DNA of 64,000 nucleotides from positions 800,001 through 864,000 of the forward strand of contig CAXXYH010000004.1 of assembly GCA_963677925.2 (NCBI GenBank). Direction: 5' to 3'. Shown piece by piece: positions 47,069 to 57,253 of the stretch (the stretch's first letter is position 1; every line of letters begins with the position of its first letter). The DNA is from Spirochaetia bacterium (lineage in GTDB: Bacteria > Spirochaetota > Spirochaetia > UBA9216). The notes below the pieces were generated by a model that did no database searches, was not told the DNA's origin, and worked only from the letters and a program-made list of their open reading frames with translations. A program made the translations under genes and the position numbers.

Positions 47069-47203
47069 AGTTAGTTGTCTCCTTTTATCCTTTCCTGATG
47101 AGCGGCAGAGCAATAAAATTACATAGATCTGATTTTAATATTTCTACTGTATATGGAAACGGCTATGTAGGATATTTTATCAGGATAGAGGAAATAGGGC
47201 AAT

Positions 47204-47228
47204 AAAAAACGCCTGAAAAATCAGGCGT
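47204..47228 (-). terminator. Terminator after the polysaccharide export genes
   Basis: ACGCCTGA/TCAGGCGT stem plus U-tract. Confidence 0.75.
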
Positions 47229-47262
47229 CTGAAAAATCGCTTTAAAAATATTTTAAGTTAAA

Positions 47263-48810
47263 TTATTGTGATGTGTCATAAGTCTGGTTTAGGTACTGTG
47301 ATAATGTAATTATCGTAATAATGAAGCTCAAACCGGTGGTAATCGCTGGGAAATACTGATTAAAGTTATAAAGAAAATCATTTGAAAGAACATTAACTGT
47401 GTCGCCAGGAAGAATTGGATCGTTAATGTCTTTTCGGTTTCCATTTTTATCCATAAGTACAGCTATTCTATTTTTATTTCGAAGCGAGTCGAATCCTCCT
47501 GCAAGATTTACATAATAGGTATAGTCTTCCTCCGGGTTGTATGGGTAGACCCCGGGTATATTTGCCGCTCCTGTTACATATACTTCCGGTCTGTTTACCG
47601 GGATAATTATTCTGTCAAATGGTTTTAATGTAAGATCTCTTGCCATATTGAAATCGTAAATCAAATCCTGCATATCTACGCCGATTATTTCATCACCACG
47701 AATCACAAAGCCATGCTGAAGATCAGCAAATGGAAGAAGCCGATCTTTTATGCTATTTAAAATGTCATAAAGAGTTTCGCCTGATTTTAAAGGTGAAATA
47801 ACCCTATTATAGCCCTGCGTAGCAGTATTTAAATCCTGAATTGTATTCTGCTGCTCGATAATGGTCTGTTCACCGCTTATTCCCCCGTCAATATAAACAA
47901 CCGGCTGCCTGTCTATAACCGTAGGAACAGTAATTATATCTCCATTTTCAAAATTAAAATCTTCTGGCAGGCTACTGAAATTCAGCGTGAATGATTCAGG
48001 TCTTCCTGAGGTGTATCTGTCTATCTTTATTCTGGTTATATCTGCACGCGGTGTAAACCCTCCGGTGTAGTATGTGACTTGCTCTACGTCGTCGGTATCA
48101 AGCAACTGGTAGTTTCCCGGACGATATACTTCACCTGAGATGACTATTTCTCTATGAAGTCTTGATATAATTATCCTGTCACTTGGTTTTACATTAGGGT
48201 TTTCATCAAGTTCTCCATGGTTAAGAGCCTTAAGTATATCAAAAGTCTCAGCTGTTCCATCTCCATGGACTATTTTTATATCTCTGGTTGATGAATAGTC
48301 TGTTAAATTTCCATCAATAACTTCACTTAACCGTGAAAGGCCCCATGCTGTTACAAACCTTGATTCAGGTACTTCACCAAGAACCGGTACCTGAAAAACG
48401 CCTACTGAGGTTATTGTTACTGATGGCAGACTTCGCGGATATGCATCAGCGATTTTTTGCTCGATGATTGGTTTAAGTTGTGGAAAAGTCATTCCTTCTG
48501 CATTGATTTTTCCGAAGATCGTCATGTTAATTGTGTAATCGCTTTCAACTAATAGTGTGTTAGATACGGTATCTCCTGCAAGCAGAAATGTTAGAGTGTA
48601 CACGTCTCCGGGAGTAGCCGGATAACTCCTACTGGAAATAGCAATTTGAAGGTTACTTGCTTCCTCTGTAACAGCCTGTAAGGGAATTACTGCCTGCGGA
48701 AGGTATTGAACATTTGTATTATTTAGTTGATTTTGTCCTGATAGTCCAAAATCCTGAGCAAATGCTGAAAATCCAATTAAAATAAATAATACAAATAAAA
48801 TTTTTTTCAT
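47263..48810 (-). CDS. Polysaccharide export protein (Wza-like, SLBB repeats)
   Basis: Signal peptide, YPATPGD, GEVYRPGNY, VYVTGAANIPGVY, AGGF. Confidence 0.8.
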   Translation of the reverse strand: MKKILFVLFILIGFSAFAQDFGLSGQNQLNNTNVQYLPQAVIPLQAVTEEASNLQIAISSRSYPATPGDVYTLTFLLAGDTVSNTLLVESDYTINMTIFGKINAEGMTFPQLKPIIEQKIADAYPRSLPSVTITSVGVFQVPVLGEVPESRFVTAWGLSRLSEVIDGNLTDYSSTRDIKIVHGDGTAETFDILKALNHGELDENPNVKPSDRIIISRLHREIVISGEVYRPGNYQLLDTDDVEQVTYYTGGFTPRADITRIKIDRYTSGRPESFTLNFSSLPEDFNFENGDIITVPTVIDRQPVVYIDGGISGEQTIIEQQNTIQDLNTATQGYNRVISPLKSGETLYDILNSIKDRLLPFADLQHGFVIRGDEIIGVDMQDLIYDFNMARDLTLKPFDRIIIPVNRPEVYVTGAANIPGVYPYNPEEDYTYYVNLAGGFDSLRNKNRIAVLMDKNGNRKDINDPILPGDTVNVLSNDFLYNFNQYFPAITTGLSFIITIITLSQYLNQTYDTSQ

Positions 48811-50024
48811 TAAAAGTTAACCTTGTTCATTCGTTTCATCTTATCCGGGTCTTTAATAACACTTAAAAGCATATTTATCAGTAGCGCAAGAACTATACTT
48901 CCGAAAAAAGCACCGGCAGTAACCATCATGCAAAGCCTTCCCCTGGAGGGCCCTACTTTTTCAGTTGGAACTTCAGCAGGTTCAAGAATACTGAAAACCC
49001 CTTCTTCTGCGGCAGCTAGTTTTGTAACCTCATATCGTTCAGATAGCGTCTTATAAAGCTGCATCTGAAGTTCAAGATCTGTTGTCATGTGCGCAAATTG
49101 AAGTGATAGCTGTGGTAACTCTTCGGTTGAAGGCATTTTTCTTCCATCGCTGCTTATATAACCTCTTTCTATTCTTCTGATCTGATTGATAATATTGGAT
49201 TTCTGAGCATTTAACCTCACTAAAGCTGGATCTTCAATCGTTGAATATTCAGAATATTCACCTATTTCCAGCTCGATCTGGTTAAGTCTGGTTCTTAAAT
49301 CAAGTAAAAGTGCTGCCTGAGTTTGTGCTAACTGCTCTATGTCTAGAACGCCATGTTCAATTTGGAATGTTTCTATTTCACTCTCTATTTTTGATATTTC
49401 AATTGATAGTTCACTAAGTTTATCTTCCAGCATCTGGAGTTGGCTTGAACGCATTGAAATCCCTTCTTTCTGAAACCATTCACCCAGCAATTCGACTTCT
49501 GCAGTGACTACCTCTGTTGCAAATTCGGGATCTGTGCTGGTGAATGATATTGAAAAAGTTCCGGTGCTTTGATCATATATATATCTTGAGCCAGAGTATA
49601 TAATACTTCTAAGTAAAGATTTGTTGTTTTTCTCGATTCCAAATCTATTTGGCAGATTAAGGTGTTCTGATACACTGTCTAAAAACGGTCGGCTTTGAAG
49701 CACCTGAAGAGCCATTTGTGAAGGATCTTTAATACTGCCAGCCATAGATGCGTCTACTCCGAACATTGAGAGCATTGAAGACATTCCACCTGCATCGTTA
49801 TTGGATTGAAAAATCAATTTTGCATCAGATCTGTAAGTGTTCGGTAGGGGGCTTCGTTCTGGAGGTAATTTTATAGAAATGATTGAAAAAGTAACTACTG
49901 ATATAGCTGCAACTGTTGTGATTACCATTATAAAGATTTTATACCTTAAAATAATGGATAAATAATGCAGAAATAATTCAACTGCACCTCTTTCTTCAGT
50001 TAATGTACTTTGATTTTTTTCCAT
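48810..50024 (-). CDS. Polysaccharide chain-length determinant (Wzz/GumC-like)
   Basis: N- and C-terminal TM segments, coiled coil, ILEPAEVPTEKVGPSR. Confidence 0.85.
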   Translation of the reverse strand: MEKNQSTLTEERGAVELFLHYLSIILRYKIFIMVITTVAAISVVTFSIISIKLPPERSPLPNTYRSDAKLIFQSNNDAGGMSSMLSMFGVDASMAGSIKDPSQMALQVLQSRPFLDSVSEHLNLPNRFGIEKNNKSLLRSIIYSGSRYIYDQSTGTFSISFTSTDPEFATEVVTAEVELLGEWFQKEGISMRSSQLQMLEDKLSELSIEISKIESEIETFQIEHGVLDIEQLAQTQAALLLDLRTRLNQIELEIGEYSEYSTIEDPALVRLNAQKSNIINQIRRIERGYISSDGRKMPSTEELPQLSLQFAHMTTDLELQMQLYKTLSERYEVTKLAAAEEGVFSILEPAEVPTEKVGPSRGRLCMMVTAGAFFGSIVLALLINMLLSVIKDPDKMKRMNKVNF

Positions 50025-50075
50025 AGGATGATAATATAGTTTATATTTTTTATTGTAAAGACTTATGCATTCAGT

Positions 50076-50747
50076 ATGGAAGAACAGATAACGGATTACA
50101 GCAAAGTAAATATTTTTATTATCAGCTCGCTTACTCTCCAGAGTGAATTCTTTTTATATGTTATTCAGAAAGAAATAGGTGCCAAGTGTACTATATATGA
50201 CAGAGATTTAAACGCTTTTTCTGAAAGTATAAAAAAGGAAGAGATAGATCAAAGCTCGAAGACTTTGATTCTTATTGATAGTGAAGAACAGAGTTTTGAG
50301 GAAATTTTAAAAAATATTGCAACTAACAATAATCTTTCTAAATCTTTAATTGCTCTTTTTAATCTCCATGAAAATGCAAAGGTTGAGAAAAAGGCATTGT
50401 CCAGGCAGATTCGAGGTTTCTTCTATAAGGACGATCAGTTTGAGATCTTTCTGAAAGGGATTAAAGCGATAATTGATGGTGAAATCTGGATATCAAGAAA
50501 AATTCTTCTTGAATATGTCTTTGAGAGTTTTGATGAAAAGAAAGCAATTATTGAGGAAAAGACTTCTTTAACCCCAAGAGAGATTGAGATTTTATCTTTG
50601 ATTAGCATGGGGTCTACAAATGATGAAATTGCAGAAAAGATGTTTATAAGTCCGAATACAGTTAAAACTCATCTTTATAATATATTTAAAAAAATTAATG
50701 TACCGAACAGACTGCAGGCAGCACTCTGGGCTGCCCAAAATTTATAA
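50076..50747 (+). CDS. LuxR-family regulator, CsgD/VpsT-like
   Basis: Atypical receiver, GEIWISRK, LTPREIEIL...VKTHLYNIFKKINVPNRLQAALWA. Confidence 0.88.
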   Translation: MEEQITDYSKVNIFIISSLTLQSEFFLYVIQKEIGAKCTIYDRDLNAFSESIKKEEIDQSSKTLILIDSEEQSFEEILKNIATNNNLSKSLIALFNLHENAKVEKKALSRQIRGFFYKDDQFEIFLKGIKAIIDGEIWISRKILLEYVFESFDEKKAIIEEKTSLTPREIEILSLISMGSTNDEIAEKMFISPNTVKTHLYNIFKKINVPNRLQAALWAAQNL

Positions 50748-50879
50748 TTCATAAGATAGTATTAGAATAGTACTAGATAATCATTAGATTTTATGGATAT
50801 CTGAAAAATTACGTCTTCAAATATCATACTCTCAGCGTATTTTGTAAAAATCATATTGGGATATAATGACACTTGCGGT

Positions 50880-51218
50880 ATGAATAATAGAGAGAACAGA
50901 AGGGTAGAGCGATATTTATTGCGAGTCCCGGTAAAAATAACTTCAGAAGAATCAGGCTCAAGTATGGATGTTGCTCAAACAAGAGATTTGTCTTCCGGTG
51001 GGGTCTTTATTGAAACCTCTGAACAGATGATATCTCCCGGCAGTAAGGTAAATGTGGAGCTTATTCTTACTGTTGATAAATTAAAAGAGCTTTTTGAGGT
51101 GTCAAATAAAGTGAAGCTTGTAGTTGATGGAATGGTGACAAGAGCTACGGAGCATGGCATGGCAGTAAAATTCTCCAGTAATTATAAAATTAGCCCTATT
51201 GAATTGCTGAATGATTAA
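50880..51218 (+). CDS. Stand-alone PilZ domain protein
   Basis: RRVER (RxxxR) and DLSSGG (DxSxxG). Confidence 0.85.
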   Translation: MNNRENRRVERYLLRVPVKITSEESGSSMDVAQTRDLSSGGVFIETSEQMISPGSKVNVELILTVDKLKELFEVSNKVKLVVDGMVTRATEHGMAVKFSSNYKISPIELLND

Positions 51219-51244
51219 GTGCCCATGTAAATAAAGGTGGAAAA

Positions 51245-51880
51245 ATGCATACTCTAAAAAAGAGGCCAAGATGGAGCACATTTCAGTCGTTTTCTGAAGA
51301 AACCTGGAAAAGCAGTGATATTTATTCTTCGGTTGAATTTCGTGAGCTTATTAACTATGAAAGGATAAGGGCTGATCGAAACGGATCCGTTTTTTCAATT
51401 CTACTGTTTACATCTGATCTATTTTATTCAAGCAGAAAAAACGTTACTTCTTTTATCAAAGAAGTAAAGACCCTTGTCAGGGTAATTGATCACATAGGCT
51501 GGTATGATAAAAAGCATGTGGCCATTCTTCTGCCTGATACAGCTGAAGCAGGGGCTGTAATACTTGGACATAAAATTCTTAGCCAACTCCCTTTTATTAG
51601 AGTGGAATCGGGATGTTTTGATATCTATACCTACCCTGATAAATGGTTGAAAAGCAATGATATCAATGAAAAAGCAGAAAGTGATAGTATTTTAAATAAG
51701 CGAATTGATGTGAGTGCATGTACAGAAGATATGTTTAATATGAAGATTCCGGTTTGGAAAAAAATCCTCGATTTAAGTTTAACATCAATAATGCTTAGAT
51801 TTTTAGAGTCTTTTAAATCTAAAACTGAAAGAAATGCAGGATTTGTTGGATTTAATTTACAGCAACGAAAGATTCAGTAG
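51245..51880 (+). pseudogene. Probably truncated priming sugar transferase (GGDEF-like N-domain, catalytic domain missing)
   Basis: FRELINYERIRADR...LVRVIDHIGWY...ILLPDT, then PVWKKILDL (start of a WcaJ-type transferase region) and an early stop. Confidence 0.55.
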
Positions 51881-52149
51881 TAGAAATCGATTTTAGTTAG
51901 ATTGATAAAGTAAAATTGTATATTAAATATAGTTTATCAGTTTGTTTCGGCAACGGTATTCTAATAATTTTGTGATAGTAAATATATAATTCTAAAGACT
52001 CTCGCAAATATAAGTATTGAAAATTGAGAATTTTGATGAATTCTGCCACAGGGAATTGGTTAAAGCTGAGAAGATATTGTAGTATAGTATGAAAATGATC
52101 TGAACGAAATATTTTATAATTAGATATAGATTTTTTATGGAGATTTGTA

Positions 52150-53493
52150 TTGCCTGCATTAGCTCCCGTTGTATTGATATCATGGATATTTGTTACAATT
52201 ATATTATTTTTAAAATATTCTCCCCAAAAAGCCATTGTTATAAGTGTGTTTGGTGGAATGTTATTTCTTCCAGTTTATGATATTGAATTGTTCAGTTTTT
52301 TAACTCTAAATAAATCATCAGTTATCGCTTTAGGGATAATACTAGGAGAACTTCTCTCAGGCAGTAGGAGGGAATTTTTACCAAGATATAGTATTTATGA
52401 TATACCGATCCTATTGTGGTGTTTCTTAAGTCCTGAATTGTCATCAATATCTAATGGTTATGGGGTAACAGGTGGAATATCTCCAATAATATCAAACTAT
52501 CTATCCTGGGGTGTTTTTTATTGGACGGGGAAAAGATATTTTATAAATAATGAGCATATACAAACTATTATAAAAGCCTTTATTTTTGGTGGTTTGGCTT
52601 ATCTTCCTCTTATTTTATATGAAGAGAGGTTCAGTCCAAGACTGAATATTAATATATATGGATATTTTGCCCATGTATGGAGACAGCATAAAAGATACGG
52701 AGGCTGGAGACCTATTGTTTTCATGGAACATGGAATAATGGTTGCCTTGTTTATGGTTTGTGTTTCTCTGGTGTTTTTCTGGCTCTGGAGAAGCGGTAAA
52801 ATATCAAAAATAAAAAATATTAGTATATCGTTTATTACTATAATTTTAATTATTGCAACGGTTTTATGCAGAGTTGCCGCAGGTTGGGCATATTTGCTTT
52901 TTGGTGTTTTATTATTTTCTGTGTACAAAAAGAAAAACTCTGTTTTCTTGCTTAAAACAATTCTTTTATTGATACCTGTTTATATGGCATTGCGAATAAA
53001 TCAGTTTATTTCATCCGAATCTATTGGTAATATTGCTGCTTCTATTTTTGATGATGAAAGAGCAGGCTCTTTAGGGCTTAGGTTGCTTCAGGAAGATTTA
53101 TTTACTGTAAAAGCAATGCAGCGGCCATTTTTGGGTTGGTTCGGGCTGTCCCGAGCCTGGCCTGTGAATATAGAAACTGGCAGAGTCTTGGTTAAAATGA
53201 TAGATTCATTTTGGATGATTATTTTCACAAGATATGGCCTCTTAGCTTTATTCTCGGTATATATAGGGATTGGGATCGGGCCGTTTTTGATTTTATTATC
53301 ACTTGAAAAACGAACCAATCATATATCTATTGAACTTGTATTATTGTGTTTGATTGTAATTCTGTTTATGGTTGATACGCTCCTAAATGGAATGATTAAC
53401 CAGATGTATATAATGGTTTCGGGTTCATTATTAGGGTATTATCTTGCGAATAAACAAAAATATGATTTTCAGGATAACCAGATAATTTTGTAA
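52150..53493 (+). CDS. Wzy polymerase / O-antigen ligase-like membrane protein
   Basis: About 12 TM segments, RYGGWRPIVFMEHG, RPFLGW; EPS context. Confidence 0.75.
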   Translation: MPALAPVVLISWIFVTIILFLKYSPQKAIVISVFGGMLFLPVYDIELFSFLTLNKSSVIALGIILGELLSGSRREFLPRYSIYDIPILLWCFLSPELSSISNGYGVTGGISPIISNYLSWGVFYWTGKRYFINNEHIQTIIKAFIFGGLAYLPLILYEERFSPRLNINIYGYFAHVWRQHKRYGGWRPIVFMEHGIMVALFMVCVSLVFFWLWRSGKISKIKNISISFITIILIIATVLCRVAAGWAYLLFGVLLFSVYKKKNSVFLLKTILLLIPVYMALRINQFISSESIGNIAASIFDDERAGSLGLRLLQEDLFTVKAMQRPFLGWFGLSRAWPVNIETGRVLVKMIDSFWMIIFTRYGLLALFSVYIGIGIGPFLILLSLEKRTNHISIELVLLCLIVILFMVDTLLNGMINQMYIMVSGSLLGYYLANKQKYDFQDNQIIL

Positions 53494-53508
53494 ATAAATG
53501 GAGTTTTC

Positions 53509-54285
53509 ATGCAGAGGCTTGTTTTTGGTAATATTCATGCAGATTATATTGGATTCGACGAGGCAATCCGTGTTATCACTGATAAAGCGTTAAAGCGAAG
53601 CGGCGGTTATATTGTAACTCCAAATGTAGATCATGTCGTTGTCGCAGAGAATGACAAACGATTAACCGATGCATATAGAAATGCCGCGTTGTCTTTATGT
53701 GATGGTAAGCCTTTACTTTGGATAAGTCATATGATAAGATTGCCGCTTCCTGAAAAAATATCTGGATCTGATCTCGTTAAACCACTATTATACAGTTCGG
53801 CAACAAAAGGTTTAAAAGTTTATCTACTAGGAGCAGCCCCCGGTGTTGGTGAGGCGGCTGCAGAGAATCTGAAGAGAGAAATACCAAATTTGATAATTTG
53901 TGGGACCGATTCTCCCCCGATTGGTTTTGATAAGGATTATGTGGCTGAACAACTCGTTTTAGATAAAATGCTTGCAGCAGACCCTGATATTGTTCTGGTT
54001 GCATTAGGAGCACCAAAACAGGAAATATTAATGCATAGATGGTATAATGAAGGTGTTGAGCAGGTAATGCTTGGTATTGGAGCTAGTCTAGATTTTATTG
54101 CTGGCAGAGTACCCCGGGCTCCGAAGTGGGTTTCGGAAATCGGCTTTGAATGGATCTTCAGGATGTGTCAGGACCCCAAACGTTTAATTAAGCGTTATCT
54201 AGTAAGAGATCTAAGGATAATAAAGATTTTTATTGCTATGTTGTTAACACCAAAAGAGAAACTTGTTGTTTCAACCAGGGATTAA
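53509..54285 (+). CDS. WecB/TagA/CpsF family glycosyltransferase
   Basis: VTPNVDH, GSDL, ALGAPKQE, RAPKW...GFEWIFR. Confidence 0.92.
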   Translation: MQRLVFGNIHADYIGFDEAIRVITDKALKRSGGYIVTPNVDHVVVAENDKRLTDAYRNAALSLCDGKPLLWISHMIRLPLPEKISGSDLVKPLLYSSATKGLKVYLLGAAPGVGEAAAENLKREIPNLIICGTDSPPIGFDKDYVAEQLVLDKMLAADPDIVLVALGAPKQEILMHRWYNEGVEQVMLGIGASLDFIAGRVPRAPKWVSEIGFEWIFRMCQDPKRLIKRYLVRDLRIIKIFIAMLLTPKEKLVVSTRD

Positions 54286-54332
54286 TTTTTATAATGGTTT
54301 TCAACATTCAAACTATACTATAAGGCAGGAGC

Positions 54333-55118
54333 ATGATCTCTATTCTCGATGAACTTGGACCACAGATAAAAACAATAGTTAATGGATATAATATTAGTAA
54401 ACATGTATTACATGTAAGAGGTGATGATAGGGGCGGGTTGTATAGATTTAAATTGAAATCGTCTAAGAGTGTTGTTGCCAAGTTATGGAAATTAAGAGAT
54501 GTAAAAGAAGACTTAAAATCTTTTCTGCATCTTAGTAACGGTTGGCGGGAATGGAAGGCCCATTCTTATCTTTATAGAAAAGGGTTAAAAGTTCCTGAGC
54601 CATTAGAGTTTTTTATAATCAAATCGGATTCTGGTGAAAAATGGGAATGCTTAATAGTAGAAGACCTCGGAAATACCCAAAAGAGTTTAGTTTATTTAAA
54701 AGACTTGGTTGAAAAGAAGGCAGAAATAGAAATTGAGAAATTTGAAAATGAATTGATTAAGTCAACTAAAAGGATCCTTGATCTTGGTCTTATAGACATT
54801 GATCATCAATTTAATAATTTTGTAGTAGATGAAGATGGGAATATTATAAGAATTGATTTTGAATGTGTTAGAAGATATCTCTTCTATTATAAAAAAGCTG
54901 AACGTGACTATACTCAAATGCTTGCTCGCTTTGTTATTGGACATATCTATGCTGTTCAGCCTGAGATTTTCAGGACTGAAGAGTTTGTTAAAAAACTTTA
55001 TAAAAAAGTGAAGTTGAATACGAAACAAAAAGAGATAATACAGCGTAAGGTTAATTTTATGTTGGAACAGCAATATAAAAGCTCTGGAATTAGATCCGAT
55101 ATTTTATTACCAGACTGA
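54333..55118 (+). CDS. Kdo/WaaP-like sugar kinase
   Basis: VVAKLW, REW, GLKVPEPL, IDHQFNNF, IDFE. Confidence 0.65.
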   Translation: MISILDELGPQIKTIVNGYNISKHVLHVRGDDRGGLYRFKLKSSKSVVAKLWKLRDVKEDLKSFLHLSNGWREWKAHSYLYRKGLKVPEPLEFFIIKSDSGEKWECLIVEDLGNTQKSLVYLKDLVEKKAEIEIEKFENELIKSTKRILDLGLIDIDHQFNNFVVDEDGNIIRIDFECVRRYLFYYKKAERDYTQMLARFVIGHIYAVQPEIFRTEEFVKKLYKKVKLNTKQKEIIQRKVNFMLEQQYKSSGIRSDILLPD

Positions 55119-55157
55119 TTTTGTTTTTGATTCATATTTTAAAATATAGGAAAATTC

Positions 55158-56219
55158 ATGTTTAAAACTGTATTGATTGGCAGCGGGAAAATATCTGAAC
55201 AGCATTTAAAAGCGTTGAAAGGGATAAATCAAGTCGAAGTTGAAGGAATATGTGATCTTTCGCCTTCGTTGTCAAAATTTACATCGGAACGTTTTGGAAT
55301 AAGTAATTGGTATACAGATTATAATAAAATGTTGTCTGAACTGAGACCTGATTTTGTTCATGTTCTTACCCCCCCTGTGACCCATAATAAAATAGTTAGA
55401 GATTCTGTCGATTCGGGTGCTAATGTAATAGTAGAAAAACCAATTGCATTATCAAATAATGAATTTAGAGAATTATTTCAATATGCTTCATCAAAAGGTG
55501 TGACGATTGTAGAAAATCATAATTATCGGTTTAATTCACCGATTTTAAAAATGACAGAAGCTTTAAAATCAGGCAAGATTGGGAACGTTACAGAAGTTGA
55601 TGTGAGAATGGTTTTAAACATTAAGGGGGGTGGGCGATATTCTGATCCGAATTTACCTCATCCGAGCCATAAACTTCCAGCAGGTGTTCTTCATGAGTAT
55701 ATAACCCATCTTGTTTATCTGATGTTGGAATTTATGCCTGATGGAACCGTAGATAAATTGGATATGGTCAAGGCTGCCTGGAGAAATCATGGAGGCGGAG
55801 ATTTTTTTAAATATGATAATCTTGATGCATTGATAATATCAAATGGTATACATGGACGAATAAGATTTTCCTGTAATCAGTGGCCTGATTGTTTTAGTGT
55901 AGATGTTCGGGGTACGGAAGGGGCTCTTTCGGCAGAACTTTATAACCCTGTTTTTCTTGAAACAATTATGCGGGCTGGCGGTAAACATTTGACACCATTG
56001 ATAAACGCTGTTAAATCCGGACGTGTACTATGTAAATCAGGATACAGCGGTCTTTGGAATAAAATTAAGGATATTAGCGCCTATGACGGATTGTACCGTC
56101 ATCTGGAATTAATATATGAATCATTCTTAAATAAGAGTGATATGCCGGTTGGATATAAGCAGATGGATGACACAAGCAGAATTATTGATGAACTCCTTCG
56201 AGAGGAGAATCAAATATGA
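55158..56219 (+). CDS. Gfo/Idh/MocA oxidoreductase
   Basis: IGSGKIS, TPPVTH, VEKPIA. Confidence 0.88.
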   Translation: MFKTVLIGSGKISEQHLKALKGINQVEVEGICDLSPSLSKFTSERFGISNWYTDYNKMLSELRPDFVHVLTPPVTHNKIVRDSVDSGANVIVEKPIALSNNEFRELFQYASSKGVTIVENHNYRFNSPILKMTEALKSGKIGNVTEVDVRMVLNIKGGGRYSDPNLPHPSHKLPAGVLHEYITHLVYLMLEFMPDGTVDKLDMVKAAWRNHGGGDFFKYDNLDALIISNGIHGRIRFSCNQWPDCFSVDVRGTEGALSAELYNPVFLETIMRAGGKHLTPLINAVKSGRVLCKSGYSGLWNKIKDISAYDGLYRHLELIYESFLNKSDMPVGYKQMDDTSRIIDELLREENQI

Positions 56220-57253
56220 AATTGTTAATTACTGGAGCAAATGGTTTTTTAGGCAGATATGTAGTAGCAGAAGCGGTAAAACAGGGAATTAATGTTCGGG
56301 CGCTTTTAAGACCTGCTTCAAAGAACATTCCTGAAAGCTGGAAAAATCACTGTTTAATTGAGATTGTCTATGGAGACCTTCGCAAAAAAGATAAAATTAC
56401 TGAATTATTTTCAGATTGTGATGTAGTTGTACATCTGGCGGCTACAAAAACGGGTGATATATACGAACAATTATCCGGAACAGTAATCGCTACTGAAAAT
56501 TTATTAAATGCAATGAAAGAAGCAAATCTTTCAAAAATTGTATTAATAAGCAGTTTTGCTGTATATGAATATAAAAAGCGTTTAAGTTTCAGCGTTCTTG
56601 ATGAAAGCTCTCCGCTTGCTGTTGATACGTTTAAACGAGATCAGTATTGTCAAACCAAAACATTACAGGAAAAACTTGTTTTACAAATTGCTAAAGAAAA
56701 TAGCTGGCAGTGTGTAGTGTTGAGACCGGGAGTCATTTTTGGACGGGATAATCTTTGGACAGCTAGACTCGGTATGCAATTGAACCCAAAAAAATGGTTA
56801 ACAATTGGGAATCTTGCAGCTCTCCCTTTAACTTATGTTGAAAATTGTGCATCAGCTATAGTGCTTGCATCAGAATTTAAAGGAGCTGATAAAACTAAAA
56901 TTTTAAATATAGTAGATGGAAAACCTCCATCACAGGCTAAATATATAAGATTTCTTAAAAAACACACGCCCGGAAAAGTCAAAATTGTTTTTATTCCCTG
57001 GCTCATTATGAGGTTTATAGCATTCTGTGCTTCGAGCTTCAATCGTCTTTTTCTGCATGGAAACGGGAAAATCCCTGGGTTGTTTGTTCCTGAAAGTCAA
57101 CATGCAAGATTTAAACCGTTGAAATATTCGAATAAACTGATTATTGACTCCCTTGATTGGTATCCACGTTTTACATGGAAAGAGGGTATAGAGCGTTCTT
57201 TAAGCGTTATGGATTTAACCTCGGTTAGTCCAATAGAAGTGGAGACCGTATAG
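56216..57253 (+). CDS. NAD-dependent epimerase/dehydratase
   Basis: TGANGFLG, HLAA, SS, YCQTK, LRPG. Confidence 0.88.
   Translation: MKLLITGANGFLGRYVVAEAVKQGINVRALLRPASKNIPESWKNHCLIEIVYGDLRKKDKITELFSDCDVVVHLAATKTGDIYEQLSGTVIATENLLNAMKEANLSKIVLISSFAVYEYKKRLSFSVLDESSPLAVDTFKRDQYCQTKTLQEKLVLQIAKENSWQCVVLRPGVIFGRDNLWTARLGMQLNPKKWLTIGNLAALPLTYVENCASAIVLASEFKGADKTKILNIVDGKPPSQAKYIRFLKKHTPGKVKIVFIPWLIMRFIAFCASSFNRLFLHGNGKIPGLFVPESQHARFKPLKYSNKLIIDSLDWYPRFTWKEGIERSLSVMDLTSVSPIEVETV

Noticed and set aside
51897-52235. Minus-strand ORFs 51897-52235 and 51992-52183
   Set aside because: AT-rich spurious frames overlapping the start of wzy.
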